A stretch of DNA of 64,000 bases. Source: Elusimicrobiota bacterium (GTDB lineage: Bacteria > Elusimicrobiota > Elusimicrobia > UBA1565). Shown here one piece after another: positions 21,001 through 25,549 of the stretch. Both the position numbers and the translations under genes were made by a program. The stretch's first letter is position 1; each line of letters begins with the position of its first letter. The stretch is from NCBI GenBank assembly GCA_043827405.1, contig JBDRPD010000068.1, forward strand, positions 1-64,000, written 5' to 3'. The notes under the pieces were generated by a model. That model was not told the origin of the DNA and ran no database searches. It saw nothing but the letters and a program-made list of their open reading frames with translations.

Positions 21001-23557
21001 CGGCGTCTGGCGCCGCGATGGGGCGACCCTCTACGATCTCGACGTTTTTGATACGGGCGGCCGGCACCTCAACCGCATCGAGGTCAAAGCTTCGGTCAAT
21101 CCGGGCGGCGGCGGTCCGGACCTCTTCTCCTTTACCCCGGTGCAGACGAATTTGGCGACATTCGTCGATGCCTTCACTAACGACTGGTCGCTCTCGACGG
21201 TGTTCGACCTGCTGGCCGATGATGTTACCAACTACATCACCGTGCGCGTCTATGACGGTATCGGCAACTCGTCTACCACGATTGACGCCTTCTACGTTCT
21301 TAAAGATACTTCGCCTCCCGTGTACATTAATAATGAGGCCGGCGGCGACAGCCAGGCGCGCTTTACCGCCGGCACGGCCTACGATGTGGATGCCGTGGAC
21401 CCCGGCAGCGGGCTCGCCGCCTTCCAGTACAGCGCCAGCACGGTGGCGACGTCCGCCGACGGGGGGCGCGTTCCCTGGACGGATATCGCGACGCTGACTC
21501 CCGGCGCGACCGAGTACCGCACCGACTGGCAGGTGGACTTCGCGGCGCTGCTTGAAGGCACGACCAATTATGTTTCGGTCCGGTCGTGGAACGTTTCCGG
21601 AGTCACAAGCACGGTGGTCGACGCCTTCCATGTAATCAAGGACACCAGCGGCCCCATCATCGGGATCACCCATCCGTCCGCCGGCTTCCTGCCCTCTCTG
21701 GATTCGATATCCGGCACCGCCTACGACCTGATCGGGGTCCAGGGTACCGAGCTTAACGTCCGGATCGTCAGCGGCAACTACTGGGATCCTGGAGGCCCGG
21801 CGTTCTCGGCGGGCGCGGCGGTATGGATGCCGGCCACGGGGACCACGGATTGGACGTTGGCGCCGGGTATCCCCTGGGCCGACGGAGTCGAGTATCAGAT
21901 CGTCGCGCGCTCATCGGACAGCGCCGGGAACTATACCGTCACCTACGCCACGGTGACCTTCACGCTCGACTCCGCCACGCCGACGGTCAGCATCGGCCTT
22001 CCCGTCCCGGATTCCACGATCTCGTCTTTGCCGCTGATTACGGGGACCGCCGCGGATCCCGGCGGCAATCCGTCCGGCTTGCAGGCGGTAGGAGTGCGGG
22101 TGCGGAACCTCGCCGACGGTACGTGGTGGAACTTCGTCACCGAGACCTGGTCGGGCACGGCGGTGACCGAGATCGCATCGGGCTTGACCAGCTGGAGCGT
22201 AACGCCCTCGGAACTGCTCAAGGCGAACCTTAAGGATCAGACCAGCTACTTTGTCGCGGTACAGGCCTCCGATAATGCGGCGCCGCCGAATCAGACCGAG
22301 TTCATGGTGGGGGGCGCCACCTTTACCTTCTCGGATACCACGCCGCCGGCGGCCATCGCCGACCTGGACGCCTCCTCGGGCACCGAGCCGGGCGACATTC
22401 TGCTGACCTGGACCGCGACCGGCGACGACGGCGCCGTCGGGACGATCCTGCTCGGCGAGTACCGCATACATTACTCCACCGATGCAGGAGTCGGATTCAG
22501 CACCACCAACGCCCAGGTCGTCTTCTCGACCGCGGTGGTGGCGCCGGGCGCCGGCCAAGCGCGGCTGCTGGTCGGTTTGAGCGAGGGGCTGGCGGCGGAC
22601 ACGACCTACTACCTGCGCGTTTTCCTGCAGGACGACGCCGGCAACTGGTCGCCGCTGTCCAACGGCGCGACGGTGCAGTCGGCGCCTTCGCCGCTGTCGC
22701 AGATCAAGGGGCATGTGGTGACGGCATCAAGCCAGGGGATCACCGCCGTATCCATCGCCGCTTATGACGCCTCAGGAGTCCTCGTCTCCACGGCTCTTAC
22801 GGTAGCCGACGGCAGCGGCACCTACGTCCTGGGGGGTCTGCCCCCGGCCAACTACCGGGTGGAGGCTACCTGGGAGGCCAACGAGATCATCAGTTCGGTC
22901 TGGCTTGACGGGATCCCGGTGGGGACGACTCTTATCGATTTCGTTTTGGAAATCAACTATACTCTGTCGACGATGCAGGGGAGCCTCAACGCGCTGTCGA
23001 TGGGCGCGGCCTCCTCCAATTTCGCGGCGGCCGCGGCCGACAATAACTTCGGCACCAGCCGCGTAGAACTGTTCCAGCGCGGCAAGGTCGTGGCGCAGAC
23101 GGGGATTCAGCCGACCGGGCGGTGGAGCATCGCGCACCTCCTCCCGGGCAAGTACTATGTGCGGGCTTTCAACGGGCTGGAGTATACGAAGCAGAAGGAA
23201 GTGATTCTGCTCGAAGGCGAGGTGCAGGACGTCAGCTTCGTCTTCGACCCGCTCAATGAGGACGCGGTGTTCGCCTTCCCGAACCCGGCGCGCGACGGCG
23301 CGACGATACGCTTTGTTACCGCGCTGCTGCCGCTGGAAGCGCAGGTCAGAATTTTTGATATCGCGGGGACGCTGGTTCGGGAGATCGTCGGGTTGGATAT
23401 GGAGTCGCCGTCGCCGGCGCTCTATCATGCGAAGTGGGACCTGAAGAATATGGACGGCGACGACGTCGCGTCCGGCGTTTATATCTTCATCGTTAAGGTG
23501 AAGGGCGCCAACGGGCAGTCGGCCAAGGTGGTTAAGAAGATCGCGGTGGTGCGGTAA
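2..23557 (+). CDS. Giant multidomain surface protein (>7,850 aa, 5' end outside window): TMTC/DUF1736-like GT-C glycosyltransferase, TPR, Kelch propellers, FN3, FG-GAP, 3x G8/parallel beta-helix, FN3 array, Ig-like domains, FlgD-Ig/T9SS-type C-terminal domain
   Basis: The frame is open from base 2 (YAALYAAGSGAPLPFHAAGIGLHILNALLVLW) to the stop at 23557. TMTC-type motifs: FLLHPAQVESVAWIS, LLSKEMAVTLP, PYPLSLEY, PVSNLIP..NERFMYL, RNRDWRD. C-terminus FAFPNP...IFDIAGTLVREI...WDLKNMDGDDVASGVYIFIVK. Confidence 0.9.
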   Translation, partial: YAALYAAGSGAPLPFHAAGIGLHILNALLVLWLITALFRSRTTGFITALVFLLHPAQVESVAWISALANPLFLTTYLLAALFFLRALDTGSKTYYPLSAFCFVLSLLSKEMAVTLPMLMAVIVMLRRRDGQKAAYLPVALYGAGAGGFAVLRSLVLGQTAQTGYWAGSFYFQALTMLKGFAYYVKLALAPYPLSLEYLWPAKQGLDAETAFYALLLGSLLALGVKLLRRAPKAGVGILLFAGALAPVSNLIPLTTIINERFMYLSLIGWGLIVSEILEHSGRARAAALVAVCLAYAGITIDRNRDWRDAESLVTASLKTCPQSSRLHAALGKVRVAERDWDGAAAAYRQALAIEVLGDAERGAVHAVEPWAAGLLTRAADYRRVVQVRVDRGETYFQLGTIHIHRGDYAKAEGYLELALKHRPTDAKVMHNIAVARELAAEEFMPRLRREYPGLESTWSKLAALNYERSGRSILPGSAAQGRNPQEREALRALAARGAPAFPNTFGRAYTVRAGDAAVEVRHAQGRGVTAQVGGGAIQYPEAYPETTVFIAAGEGGIEEFYYLKSPRAPKTFTQELTPRGRIKSFRLDPAGRLEAVDAADRTVFQLSRPVVFDAAGKRRQGRFELKRGKRTSLAMKIDDRGLRYPLLIDPAWTTAGASNMNSVRQAATATLLPNGTVLVAGGMDGGPTPIGTAEIYDPFAGTWRTTGNMATARVNHGAVLLPSGKVLVFGGQDQVYAVLSSSELYDPDSGTFSSAGSMTTARVIPSAVLLQDGRVLVAGGWNAGTLSTAEVYVASDTPKWQSTAPMGSMRYDHTLTSLPDGTVLAAGGEDGGGNTVNTAEVYSPFLNNWNPALNTMSAAVRSHAATLAPNGKVVITGGRIQPAGTDRNTCDLFDPSTQLFAPCGGNMTRTHSTHSSVLLPNGRILIAGGDSGDGGGSASQIYDPVGDSWALEVNLSNGARTSAVSVLLPSGKVLIAGGTGNATTDLYDPDTGSWVGAGNFTDNARYDHSATLLPNGKVLIAGGYNGANPVNKCQLYTPGGGWASTGNLNTARDHHTATLLVDGTVLVAGGFGAGNTILSSVEIYDPGSGTWAPADPMSTSRAYHTATLLANGEVLVVGGVAIFGPNPSLETAEIYAGGGWRPTASLMAASKRQQHTATLLTDGTVLVAGGLENQFFSIYNDAFIFDPDSESWSSAPGILTARYGHSATLLPDGRVLVFGGENTPVNDTDIYTPGVAWTSYNWGTERRGHTATLLPDGKLAVIGGNFSGPTLNDVSVYAPGTSVWTTMPTLTANREYHTATLLPNGRILVAGGFGGAAALSSTELALYTEYDHAAAGVDHMRPVIDEIAGNASFPVWLTTGTYVITGSTFTGGSAADSGHQHDSPGGHPRLLLMPMGADGSNHRGGGGRFIDLTHRIYGTAEETYYKNGQADDTLKFTIDPSSIACGYYQLRVIANAAPSDARIVRITDPVIDGAPGSISPPYAQVRTTTAAVDWGLLAVTPDYYRLHASTAADYTGAWDVITGTDSAASSGDLEGLYPNTTYYFRVAGVNCAGTGPYYEPASTSTLANRVRGVEMKGVFLTSATFTWQKLPTAAQEGSTSTAEGYILQASDAEDFSTTIYSAQTPLIGLSTLTVTGLNAGTTYYFRVGSLNWNSVGNFASTIAARTDGWYEEFVTGETDQSMGAAWGDLDNDGDLDFVAVNQGTFVQVYRNDGGGSFSLPWDSNAEGAKSNYAVSLGDYDNDGDLDIAIGRANEANVVFRNNGNFNFGSAPVWSSSEADDTEGIAWGDYNNDGYLDLLAANLTANRVYRNNGDGTFTLVWTDSESENTNDAAWADYDGDGDLDFAVACEDCASRVYRNDGADTFTPVWNDGSPGGAGRSPAWGDVDNDGRLDLAFGYRSAANRVFRQNGTDSFGEIWNDGRSDDSVSVALGDFNNDGLLDLASGNYAEANRIYVNNGDQSFSSIWFSAVANNTESIAWGDYNGDGGLDLLASNRSQSNRVYRGSFSVVNTSPTAPGGIAAVFDGDIMQSTLTIKWDASDYDANGSTESVYYAVALTTIPMMLSPDNRRILKPAAGNVSSFTISGVEASPLLGKYLRPAYQVWPGDAVPKHGVMISTTPNLPNGWLLSETTYYVRIQAIDAGLARSTWSREVEFRTGKICGTMTSLQSGDWSDHDTWVGSGDMVPNDCTEVTIAGGHTVVVDTQSAVASTTTIEGTLKFSRVTHSTLTIVGGDITVEPGGHLDMGTGDDSIDASSASLVLAYGSVAGEFGLIIKDGGDFTVFGATRTSVADLGGIFINPWSTNFQVGVASSTGWKPGDMIVLGPTSGFGQAVATSHTITNVGPGDPRMIMFEPNTGPQIRVGYSTKPVIAANISRNVIIRSSGTDTTANSAYVESLVSNTTSFSVFYGEFAYLGAEGDPTWGIKLQNGSQAQISSSSIRNCRYGLYANNVDNLTFTDNVAYGNAANGFTLYGGNNNIYRGNVAAGNDSVGFYIGGSFTENVFEKNYSFANNLHGFYLDSGGSIGNLLQDNLSFGNGQHGFTLNYADRNILLNNHVYENDGTGFYVSNESDLNTFQGNSVSANKSANGLGFRIDNSWANLLVDNQIYMNESTGVYILNGASGTVISSGSVYGNGGYGYALKNSVGNQIVNGSVGLPQSNAAGVLYIDPDANPETLVAKAVKSDDGPLSTAAFNNSGTYLITYDVDASSSSVGFNGEYTISGETWNIDYNQRLYASTATTPRLMRGSGHSAAICALSDTNAVTQYVYAAYNGANWDLYGSQDGFMGSVAGGLCLDPGAGQFSIDITEAAPAPGDRIDFLMQAASGDVNRDKSLWIGPSAAGYNQGRSKLVVAPDGGIVFRGNSSTYTIINWMDNNTTYYSLVSSGAFTAEYTSFTNLDHNGLQLSGNQGVVLSTVSFDRLGFWDGVNSGTNTYITLRDLTAAATFYGVQFGMSRSSTGFDSAYNVRVEAPHDNLDVYFAGVATNSGVYWGEGYEDDANGRVTWNDLICMPHVSNQSGNWTDPLTWDPPYVPQACTTVTIMTGDTVTVDTTTATASTTTIAGTLRFSRVAASTLTMVGGDLTVANGGHLDMGMGGDQIATTSATLVLAYGQAAGQFGLIVENGGRFTVFGATKVPAYTPSSSQIPTGSNYMTINVPGLTGWKTGDIIAIAPTSGSGPAAIATHTITQLGTPAPNDMFFTPGVGATRVNTSTAPIIVTNLSRTVLIRSSGTDTGANTAYIRNLSETAGDFYAYYGEFAYLGASASGKYGITFNGGPVKGGISSSTIRDGYHGIYLFSADGNTFTDNLIYNSAAIGLYGASSSNNAIANNHILGGDSYGTYLTQSDGNTLSGNMVYANGNSGIYLLDSDDNGIAGGRLFANSGSGLYSSYSANNDFDSVAAYGNTANGVMLNGASSHTVTAGSFYGNNFYGIYAGGGSNYNRVQDNEAFANNSGLVFSAAADNVVSSNVFRGNADRGIWLDGSDNNVFAHSISSGNSGYAVYLENASDGNFFIEGHYYSNPGGVYTSNSSSNVFAGGALGYSETGADRWNSPSGEVDFDAAAGKKDKLTLKDVRVNSMMGISSWGLNESGESLLSYDQDDATGTLRLYGDYELLGSTWTFDTSLNLYAATHTAARLMRGSGHQIYNIAPQDIGAVNEVISVEWMGTDWRVEGSASGVLDGGFWCPAGNTCGFTDPVVDFTLNPAGVINVGDRFDFALIAASKDAGFQKRLLFANASWQAGAFNEGKSRLVVAPDGGIVFKGAAGSHAIMDRLNAASTYYTFVDSGAFTAAFSSFTNMDYSGLQLSGDKGIAISSTVFDYLGFATATNAYITVRDLDSAVTIDSVTFALSRGLPGGTNASYNIRVEGDDSNLAWTITTQNLGPLWGDTYDDDAGRRVAWRHCNGVVSSQNGDWSDPTMWDGGFVPTVCNAVTIAGGHAVVVDEMGAIAKGLAIDGTLSASRAVSSSLTITAGDLNLSPGGTLDYGTEASPVPTGVDAHVVLAYGSSAGEYGLIVNNTAKFTVRGSTRTPFALATQSATGGQTQVRVPSVDAVGWVAGDRLALGPTDGDGEGLTEEFFIQSIDAGNPRTVTLSGSVGATRVRTSTTPIVVANLTRNVLVRSSGTDTAANTAYIQNLTQSPGDFVLDYGEFAYLGANAADKQGIKFMSSGVEGRISSSTIRGGYYGIYVNVGSSHKLAYNVLYDNAASGIYAINMAGSTVAYNSVMENGQHGIYLFNSTGGDDMLQANMVFANGDDGIRLSKGFEHRLRENYAFSNLNDGIEVDRIYDSEFSSNTAHSNGGRGLYLVDFGSNTLTGNIAYRNASSGTVLSTADLNVFEDNSAHGNFGAGFYLSNSDNNTFIRNEAYANTTGEGHGFNLQNSERNVFAGNTSHSNAGDGVRLYSGDYNRFAGARIYNNAGDGIWYSQTSDAEFGDAWLGYDAEGADRPDGGAEVQLDPASPPGAIVDLRSSRVNPASGISTSGFNDQLKLLVSWNQDYDTGTLRLFGHVPLDDTLTIGYADALTGPTTTQARLTRGSGNFLTVCSIDAASAVSQIVYATKVGANWEVRGSSSGYMGIAAVASCPGTDFGQFRLSVTESAPSEGDRMDLLLLAGTNDANRQKRLLMGPADPAYNEGRSKFEVQPGGGLVLSGQPGYPTIMDRIDSGATYYSFVSSGSFTAVNSSITNVDYNGVWLSGAGPVVIATSTFDQMGVAAAVNSYITANELSGGATFYNVKFGSARSTEGVTAYNVRSVGASTPDWYFRRWHGDMGGEDYDSDSGEIKWTDLMPSPPTNVAAVQTGSSVTLKVSWGGSERDGPSFRLVSGSEYYIQWSTETPDSVDWSTANAQVVQATGPVNSVSVSHTIGGLPAGKTVYLGIWSRDELGRYSRRSGLGSGFSAPFTSDVLASGLGAGSDEHDMAVDKDGNVHVVYDDGIAGQVKYVKRTGSVWSAPVNVGPLAGGTPPRPAVAVDINGNPHIVWAETSSKVSYSSSTDGGATFTTADEIYPYGAKTHDLALDGRGSPHVIFYNGGLQYTKNSTGAWTQGESISGVSNSSPSLVLDGDGRPHIIYMDGLNLMYASRTSSGWNKISIYSDSASSQNGSLVIDGAGRPHVAYAAQDTGNLLHLYYDGGSWNSFVVDVGGSPGMPSLTLDGDGYPHIAYMANTPGDLKYAYYDGASWSTMTVASDGNIGFVPVIALDGNANVNISYLDLEADRSLHISSWTATGFAVPMGGNPRGKVQAPTGMTATQVYIASATWNWQDNSANEVGYRLYASSYGRVDAAFSLRVDSNTMGPGTVSATLTDLTPDTTYEHYVAAVSEGGTVTSTAAWINTLADHPSAAAVPVAAIYPASMTVSWQTGANPAYTEYAVRATTAADFSGGFKYPPGGAGWIVDASTEIVGISEVNATYYIQVAARNLSGVETPYILTVTTPSLANLPATTGNDFSAVSSHSLTVTWSANGNPANTLYRVMLATSSPFSSSLQVSTAPSGALSTDFAGLRGNTTYYLAVEAFNHAGVGTGDTILSSTITRIAPPTQVFFDRISSDTIVASAYAPTPAFNNLHAGRSATAIRLDGGGYANWRGSTWTLLSPLAAGGRSMLGGGAIDGTVYAVGGDNGGYLDRTEAYDPGGDSWGSTNVLNTSRRAAGLAVADGKLYAIGGFNGAFLNSAEVYDPDTNSWTFADTMPSNRAAIAAAALNGRIYAVGGLTGGTEQATNQEYDPAADQWAGANKTAMTQARAYAVAVGTFGKVYVFGGSDGGQTTLYDDVEAYDPVGNGWTSGAPMPTSRHGMAAGAIGGKIVVVGGEDMGGVVALNEEYDARADSWAAREPMLTTRAFAGSTVVDGRLYVFGGHDGSPRDVVEKYDPGVTQKFTGLNPNSFHQFRAKARNSAGTESSETALFSIYTLAAVPSTATPSFQTVFPTSATFQWTSNGNTGGATDYRAEASSAPSFSGTLYAMGWTVALSTGFTGLAGNSTYYFRVQARNGDGVETAFKDLGSTVTAANPPLAPVAAQVEKSSAIFEWSANGNADGTGYVAQLALNESFAPVDRSSFTRSTYAIFGASGLGADLALNTTYYFRVQAVNRRGAPTIFTSTISARTLVEAPGTAAEPFPVVGADAIEFAWGDGGNPAGTLYEADISTDNFATLNLTSATYSTSTLFGAGGEGLALLTNATHYFRVRALNSSGNPTVNTAVVSTPTWATLPLSAAAPFPNVDLSSMTYEWNPDANKPGTLYRVLLSTDDFSTVNLSSWTRGVSVLFGTGGEGQALDQNTTYYFKVNAVSHAGLETGTLQESTHTRAAIPAAGAPVFSDVQVGSVTFNWGENSNPSGLTDYYVEVGTAADFATLTFVSSTTATALQAGAGGIGPTLDLNTTYYFRVRARDLGGTYTLYGAEQSTATLAAGPVGGSFADIGVSSAVFQWTGPDPAYTLYEAQVSTDAFATVSLTSATRETAAVFGTTGEGAALDPSTTHYFRVRAVNRDGIPTLYAFTASTHTLAAVPASAASAFTALHHSSMTAAWNANSNGAGTVYEAVLSTGSGGVQGYAGDQTVSTHPAGAPTADITGLVANTTYYLYVRAVNPDGWRSDYAVLGSTPTLPNDPAAAAPPFFAVHFTSATVNWDENGNQTGTLYSVALSTGSSYPNGYSGSVEISTTHAAAQPTATLTGLSANATYYLHVAAFGRSGARTAYLNSGSSVTAALPPVTAASTFSSVAATSLTGVWEANGNIPGTLFEAIVSTGSGLPSSFAGDVEVSTRPEGTPAADFAALTPNSTYYLIARTIGHDGTSTSYAAFGSTVTPAALPVAAVPAFSSGSTTGLVGDWGANGNPPDDTRYETVLSTASSLVLTAAGNVPVSTAPAGAPSAEYTSLEVNTTYYLFVRSVDRLGRATAFAAVGSSATQANAPSTVLVSTPFAQVDYNAIRYVWDANGNPDGTVYTAEMALDASFALVDRSSVTVGTEVIFGNQGAGADLTFQTTYYFRVRAENVRGVPTDYTTVQSTVTLPDDIIPPTMTNNQLGDGVWRRDGATLYDLDVFDTGGRHLNRIEVKASVNPGGGGPDLFSFTPVQTNLATFVDAFTNDWSLSTVFDLLADDVTNYITVRVYDGIGNSSTTIDAFYVLKDTSPPVYINNEAGGDSQARFTAGTAYDVDAVDPGSGLAAFQYSASTVATSADGGRVPWTDIATLTPGATEYRTDWQVDFAALLEGTTNYVSVRSWNVSGVTSTVVDAFHVIKDTSGPIIGITHPSAGFLPSLDSISGTAYDLIGVQGTELNVRIVSGNYWDPGGPAFSAGAAVWMPATGTTDWTLAPGIPWADGVEYQIVARSSDSAGNYTVTYATVTFTLDSATPTVSIGLPVPDSTISSLPLITGTAADPGGNPSGLQAVGVRVRNLADGTWWNFVTETWSGTAVTEIASGLTSWSVTPSELLKANLKDQTSYFVAVQASDNAAPPNQTEFMVGGATFTFSDTTPPAAIADLDASSGTEPGDILLTWTATGDDGAVGTILLGEYRIHYSTDAGVGFSTTNAQVVFSTAVVAPGAGQARLLVGLSEGLAADTTYYLRVFLQDDAGNWSPLSNGATVQSAPSPLSQIKGHVVTASSQGITAVSIAAYDASGVLVSTALTVADGSGTYVLGGLPPANYRVEATWEANEIISSVWLDGIPVGTTLIDFVLEINYTLSTMQGSLNALSMGAASSNFAAAAADNNFGTSRVELFQRGKVVAQTGIQPTGRWSIAHLLPGKYYVRAFNGLEYTKQKEVILLEGEVQDVSFVFDPLNEDAVFAFPNPARDGATIRFVTALLPLEAQVRIFDIAGTLVREIVGLDMESPSPALYHAKWDLKNMDGDDVASGVYIFIVKVKGANGQSAKVVKKIAVVR
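1975..3980 (+). repeat. 14 Kelch/galactose-oxidase-type repeats (probably two 7-bladed propellers) in the giant protein
   Basis: 14 copies of R-x-x-H-T/S-A-T-L-L-P-D/N-G-x-V-L-V/I-A-G-G...E-I-Y-D-P...W. Confidence 0.9.
5040..6010 (+). repeat. 7 FG-GAP/VCBS repeats (integrin-alpha-like Ca-binding propeller)
   Basis: AWGDLDNDGDLD, SLGDYDNDGDLD, AWGDYNNDGYLD, AWADYDGDGDLD, AWGDVDNDGRLD, ALGDFNNDGLLD, AWGDYNGDGGLD. Confidence 0.9.
6475..14330 (+). repeat. Three tandem ~850-890 aa G8 + parallel beta-helix (PbH1/NosD-like) modules
   Basis: Units start at about 6475, 9013 and 11683 with S-x-Q-S/N-G-D/N-W-S/T-D-x-x-x-W...P-x-x-C-x-x-V-T-I. They share LVLAYG, RSSGTDT..N.AY, GEFAYLGA, ISSS.IR and Asn/Gly-rich coils. 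Confidence 0.85.
14710..15635 (+). repeat. 7-repeat beta-propeller (L-x-L/I-D-x-x-G-x-P-H-I/V-x-Y type)
   Basis: MAVDKDGNVHVVY, VAVDINGNPHIVW, LALDGRGSPHVIF, LVLDGDGRPHIIY, LVIDGAGRPHVAY, LTLDGDGYPHIAY, IALDGNANVNISY. Confidence 0.8.
15685..20955 (+). repeat. Array of about 15 fibronectin type III domains with an inserted 6-bladed Kelch propeller (16715-17560)
   Basis: Recurring W-x-x-N-G-N-P-x-x-T-x-Y ... L-x-x-N-T-T-Y-Y-F-R-V-x-A-x-N ... S-T-x-T. Six classical Kelch repeats (G-x-V/I/L-Y-A/V-x-G-G). Confidence 0.85.
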
Positions 23558-25545
23558 TGGGGATGGTTCGAGCGCTAATCTGTGTGCTCTGCGCGTTCAG
23601 CGGCCTGACGACGGCGCACGCGCAGTTGGCGGGGCAGGCCGTCCTGGTGCTGGATTCCTCCCGCAGCCCGCGCACTTCTTTCTCAACCAACGAGCGAGCC
23701 ACCTTCCAGCAGAAAGTCTCCAACGGCGCGGCCAGCAGCGGCCGAATCTATTTTACCTTCATCGTCGCCGATCCCCAGCTTAAGGAGGTGTTCCGGCATG
23801 CCGGCAATGCCGTTCCCGGCCGCGTCGGCAACGCCGCCAGCCAGCTGGCCGGCGTGCAGATCTCGTCGCTCTATACCGTGCCCGGCGTCTACAAGCTGAC
23901 CGCGCGCGCGATCCTGGACGCTCAGGTCGTCGACCAGGAGCTTTCTTTCACCGTTTCGTCGCCCAATATCCTGCTGATCTATCCGCCCAACGGCGCGCAG
24001 GACGTCGCCGACAAACCGTTGATGTTCCGCTGGTCATCAAGCGGGGCCGCCAAATATCGCATCACGGTCGGAGATAACCCGTCTTTCTTCAACTCCGTCT
24101 ACAACGCCAATACCGAAGGCAACGTGAACGCCATCAGCTATCCGGAGAACCCCGCCGATGCCCGGGCGCGGCTCGCGGCGGGCACGGTGTACTACTGGAG
24201 AATCGAGGGGCTGGACGCCAACGATAACGTCGTGGCGCAAAGCGCGGTTCCTTTCTCTTTCACCGTCAAGTCGGCGTCGCTGTCGCGCGATATCGCTGTG
24301 ACCGGGCTGGAGATTATCGGCAAGTCGGGCGATAATATTACCTTCAAGGTGACCGTGCATAACCAGGGGGGGACCAGCGAGAGCGGCCTGCAGCTCAAGT
24401 TCAGCATCGGAGGGGTCCCGGTGGCCGGCTCCCCCGTGCAGATGCCGCTGTTGTCACCGAGCGCAGTCAAGACCTACAACTTTACCGGGCAGCTCCCGCC
24501 CGACCAAGGCAAAAGCCTGGCCATCGGCTGCGTTGAGTTTTTCGACGATAATGTCGCCAACAACTGCAAGACGATGCAGCTGACGCGGACGGTGGAAGAG
24601 GCGGCCGGCGACGCGTCGATTTTCGCCGCGCGCAAGCTGTCGAACGAGGAGATCTGGAGCGCGATCCAAGAGCTGCTGCGCGATCGCGGCGTCGATCTGA
24701 CCGAGTACTCTATCGTCGGCATGGACAAGGACATGACGCGGGCCGAGCTTGAAGCGCTGCTGGCGGCGCTGCGCAGCGGCCAGGCGGATGTTTCCGTGAG
24801 CGGACCGGCGGGCGGCGCGGCGGACCTGCCGTCCTTCATCCCGCCGCCGGTTTCGGCGGGACCGCCGCCGGACGCGCCCGATGACCTGCCGGCGGACAAG
24901 GGCGAGGAGCGGATAATGACGGACAAGGAGCTGTGGCAGGCGCTGCAGCCGCCGCTCAAAGGACGCGGTTTCGACCTGACCCAGTTCGCGGTCCTCGGCG
25001 CCGACCGGCGGCTGACGGCCAGTGAGCTGCAGATTCTCTTGGCCGCGGTCAAAAGCGGCGTCGCCGAGATCCTGGTGTCGGGACCGGCGGCGCCCGATGT
25101 GATGCCTGTCGCGGCGGAGTCCGCGCCGCCGGCTGCCGCGCCGCCGCCTCCGGCGGCGGATGAAGACCGCCAGTGGCGGGGGCTCGCGCCGGCGCTGAGC
25201 AAGAAGACCGCGCACCTGAAAATCACATCGAACAAGCACTGGAGCAAGGTGTGGAAGCGCCTCGGTGGAAAGAAAACGCCGAAGATCGACTTTGCACAGT
25301 ACATGGTCATCGGCGTCGTCGCCGGCGGCGAGGAGCGATCCGACCGGGTTGAGATCGTCGAGGTTCGCAAGTCGCTTTCCGGCCTGCGGGTTCTCTACCG
25401 GCGGGTTGTCCACCGCCGTATGCTGGCGCCGCTGGGTCCGCAGCAGGCGGCGGCGCGCGATCTGGTGCCTTATCACCTGCGGGTGATCCCGAAGTCGGGG
25501 CTGAAGATCCGCTTTGAGCATGTTAGCGAAACAGGGGGGAGGTAA
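23557..25545 (+). CDS. Exported protein with Ig/FN3-like and CARDB domains, a duplicated ~58 aa unit, Pro-rich linkers and a PrcB C-terminal-like domain
   Basis: Signal peptide (..TTAHAQ). CARDB-like DIAVTGL...VTVHNQG...DDNVANN. PrcB_C-like WSKVWKR..PKIDFAQYMVIGV...PYHLRVIPK. ATG overlaps the stop of the giant gene. Confidence 0.7.
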   Translation: MGMVRALICVLCAFSGLTTAHAQLAGQAVLVLDSSRSPRTSFSTNERATFQQKVSNGAASSGRIYFTFIVADPQLKEVFRHAGNAVPGRVGNAASQLAGVQISSLYTVPGVYKLTARAILDAQVVDQELSFTVSSPNILLIYPPNGAQDVADKPLMFRWSSSGAAKYRITVGDNPSFFNSVYNANTEGNVNAISYPENPADARARLAAGTVYYWRIEGLDANDNVVAQSAVPFSFTVKSASLSRDIAVTGLEIIGKSGDNITFKVTVHNQGGTSESGLQLKFSIGGVPVAGSPVQMPLLSPSAVKTYNFTGQLPPDQGKSLAIGCVEFFDDNVANNCKTMQLTRTVEEAAGDASIFAARKLSNEEIWSAIQELLRDRGVDLTEYSIVGMDKDMTRAELEALLAALRSGQADVSVSGPAGGAADLPSFIPPPVSAGPPPDAPDDLPADKGEERIMTDKELWQALQPPLKGRGFDLTQFAVLGADRRLTASELQILLAAVKSGVAEILVSGPAAPDVMPVAAESAPPAAAPPPPAADEDRQWRGLAPALSKKTAHLKITSNKHWSKVWKRLGGKKTPKIDFAQYMVIGVVAGGEERSDRVEIVEVRKSLSGLRVLYRRVVHRRMLAPLGPQQAAARDLVPYHLRVIPKSGLKIRFEHVSETGGR

Positions 25546-25549
25546 AGTC

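Noticed and set aside
863..23428. Many long antisense and alternate-frame ORFs over the giant gene (e.g. 863-3025, 15788-17518)
   Set aside because: Shadow ORFs expected from high-GC codon bias. They have no recognisable motifs and fully overlap a well-supported CDS.
23260..23557. Proof of a canonical type IX secretion system
   Set aside because: The CTD resembles FlgD-Ig/T9SS sorting domains, but no T9SS machinery gene is recognisable here.
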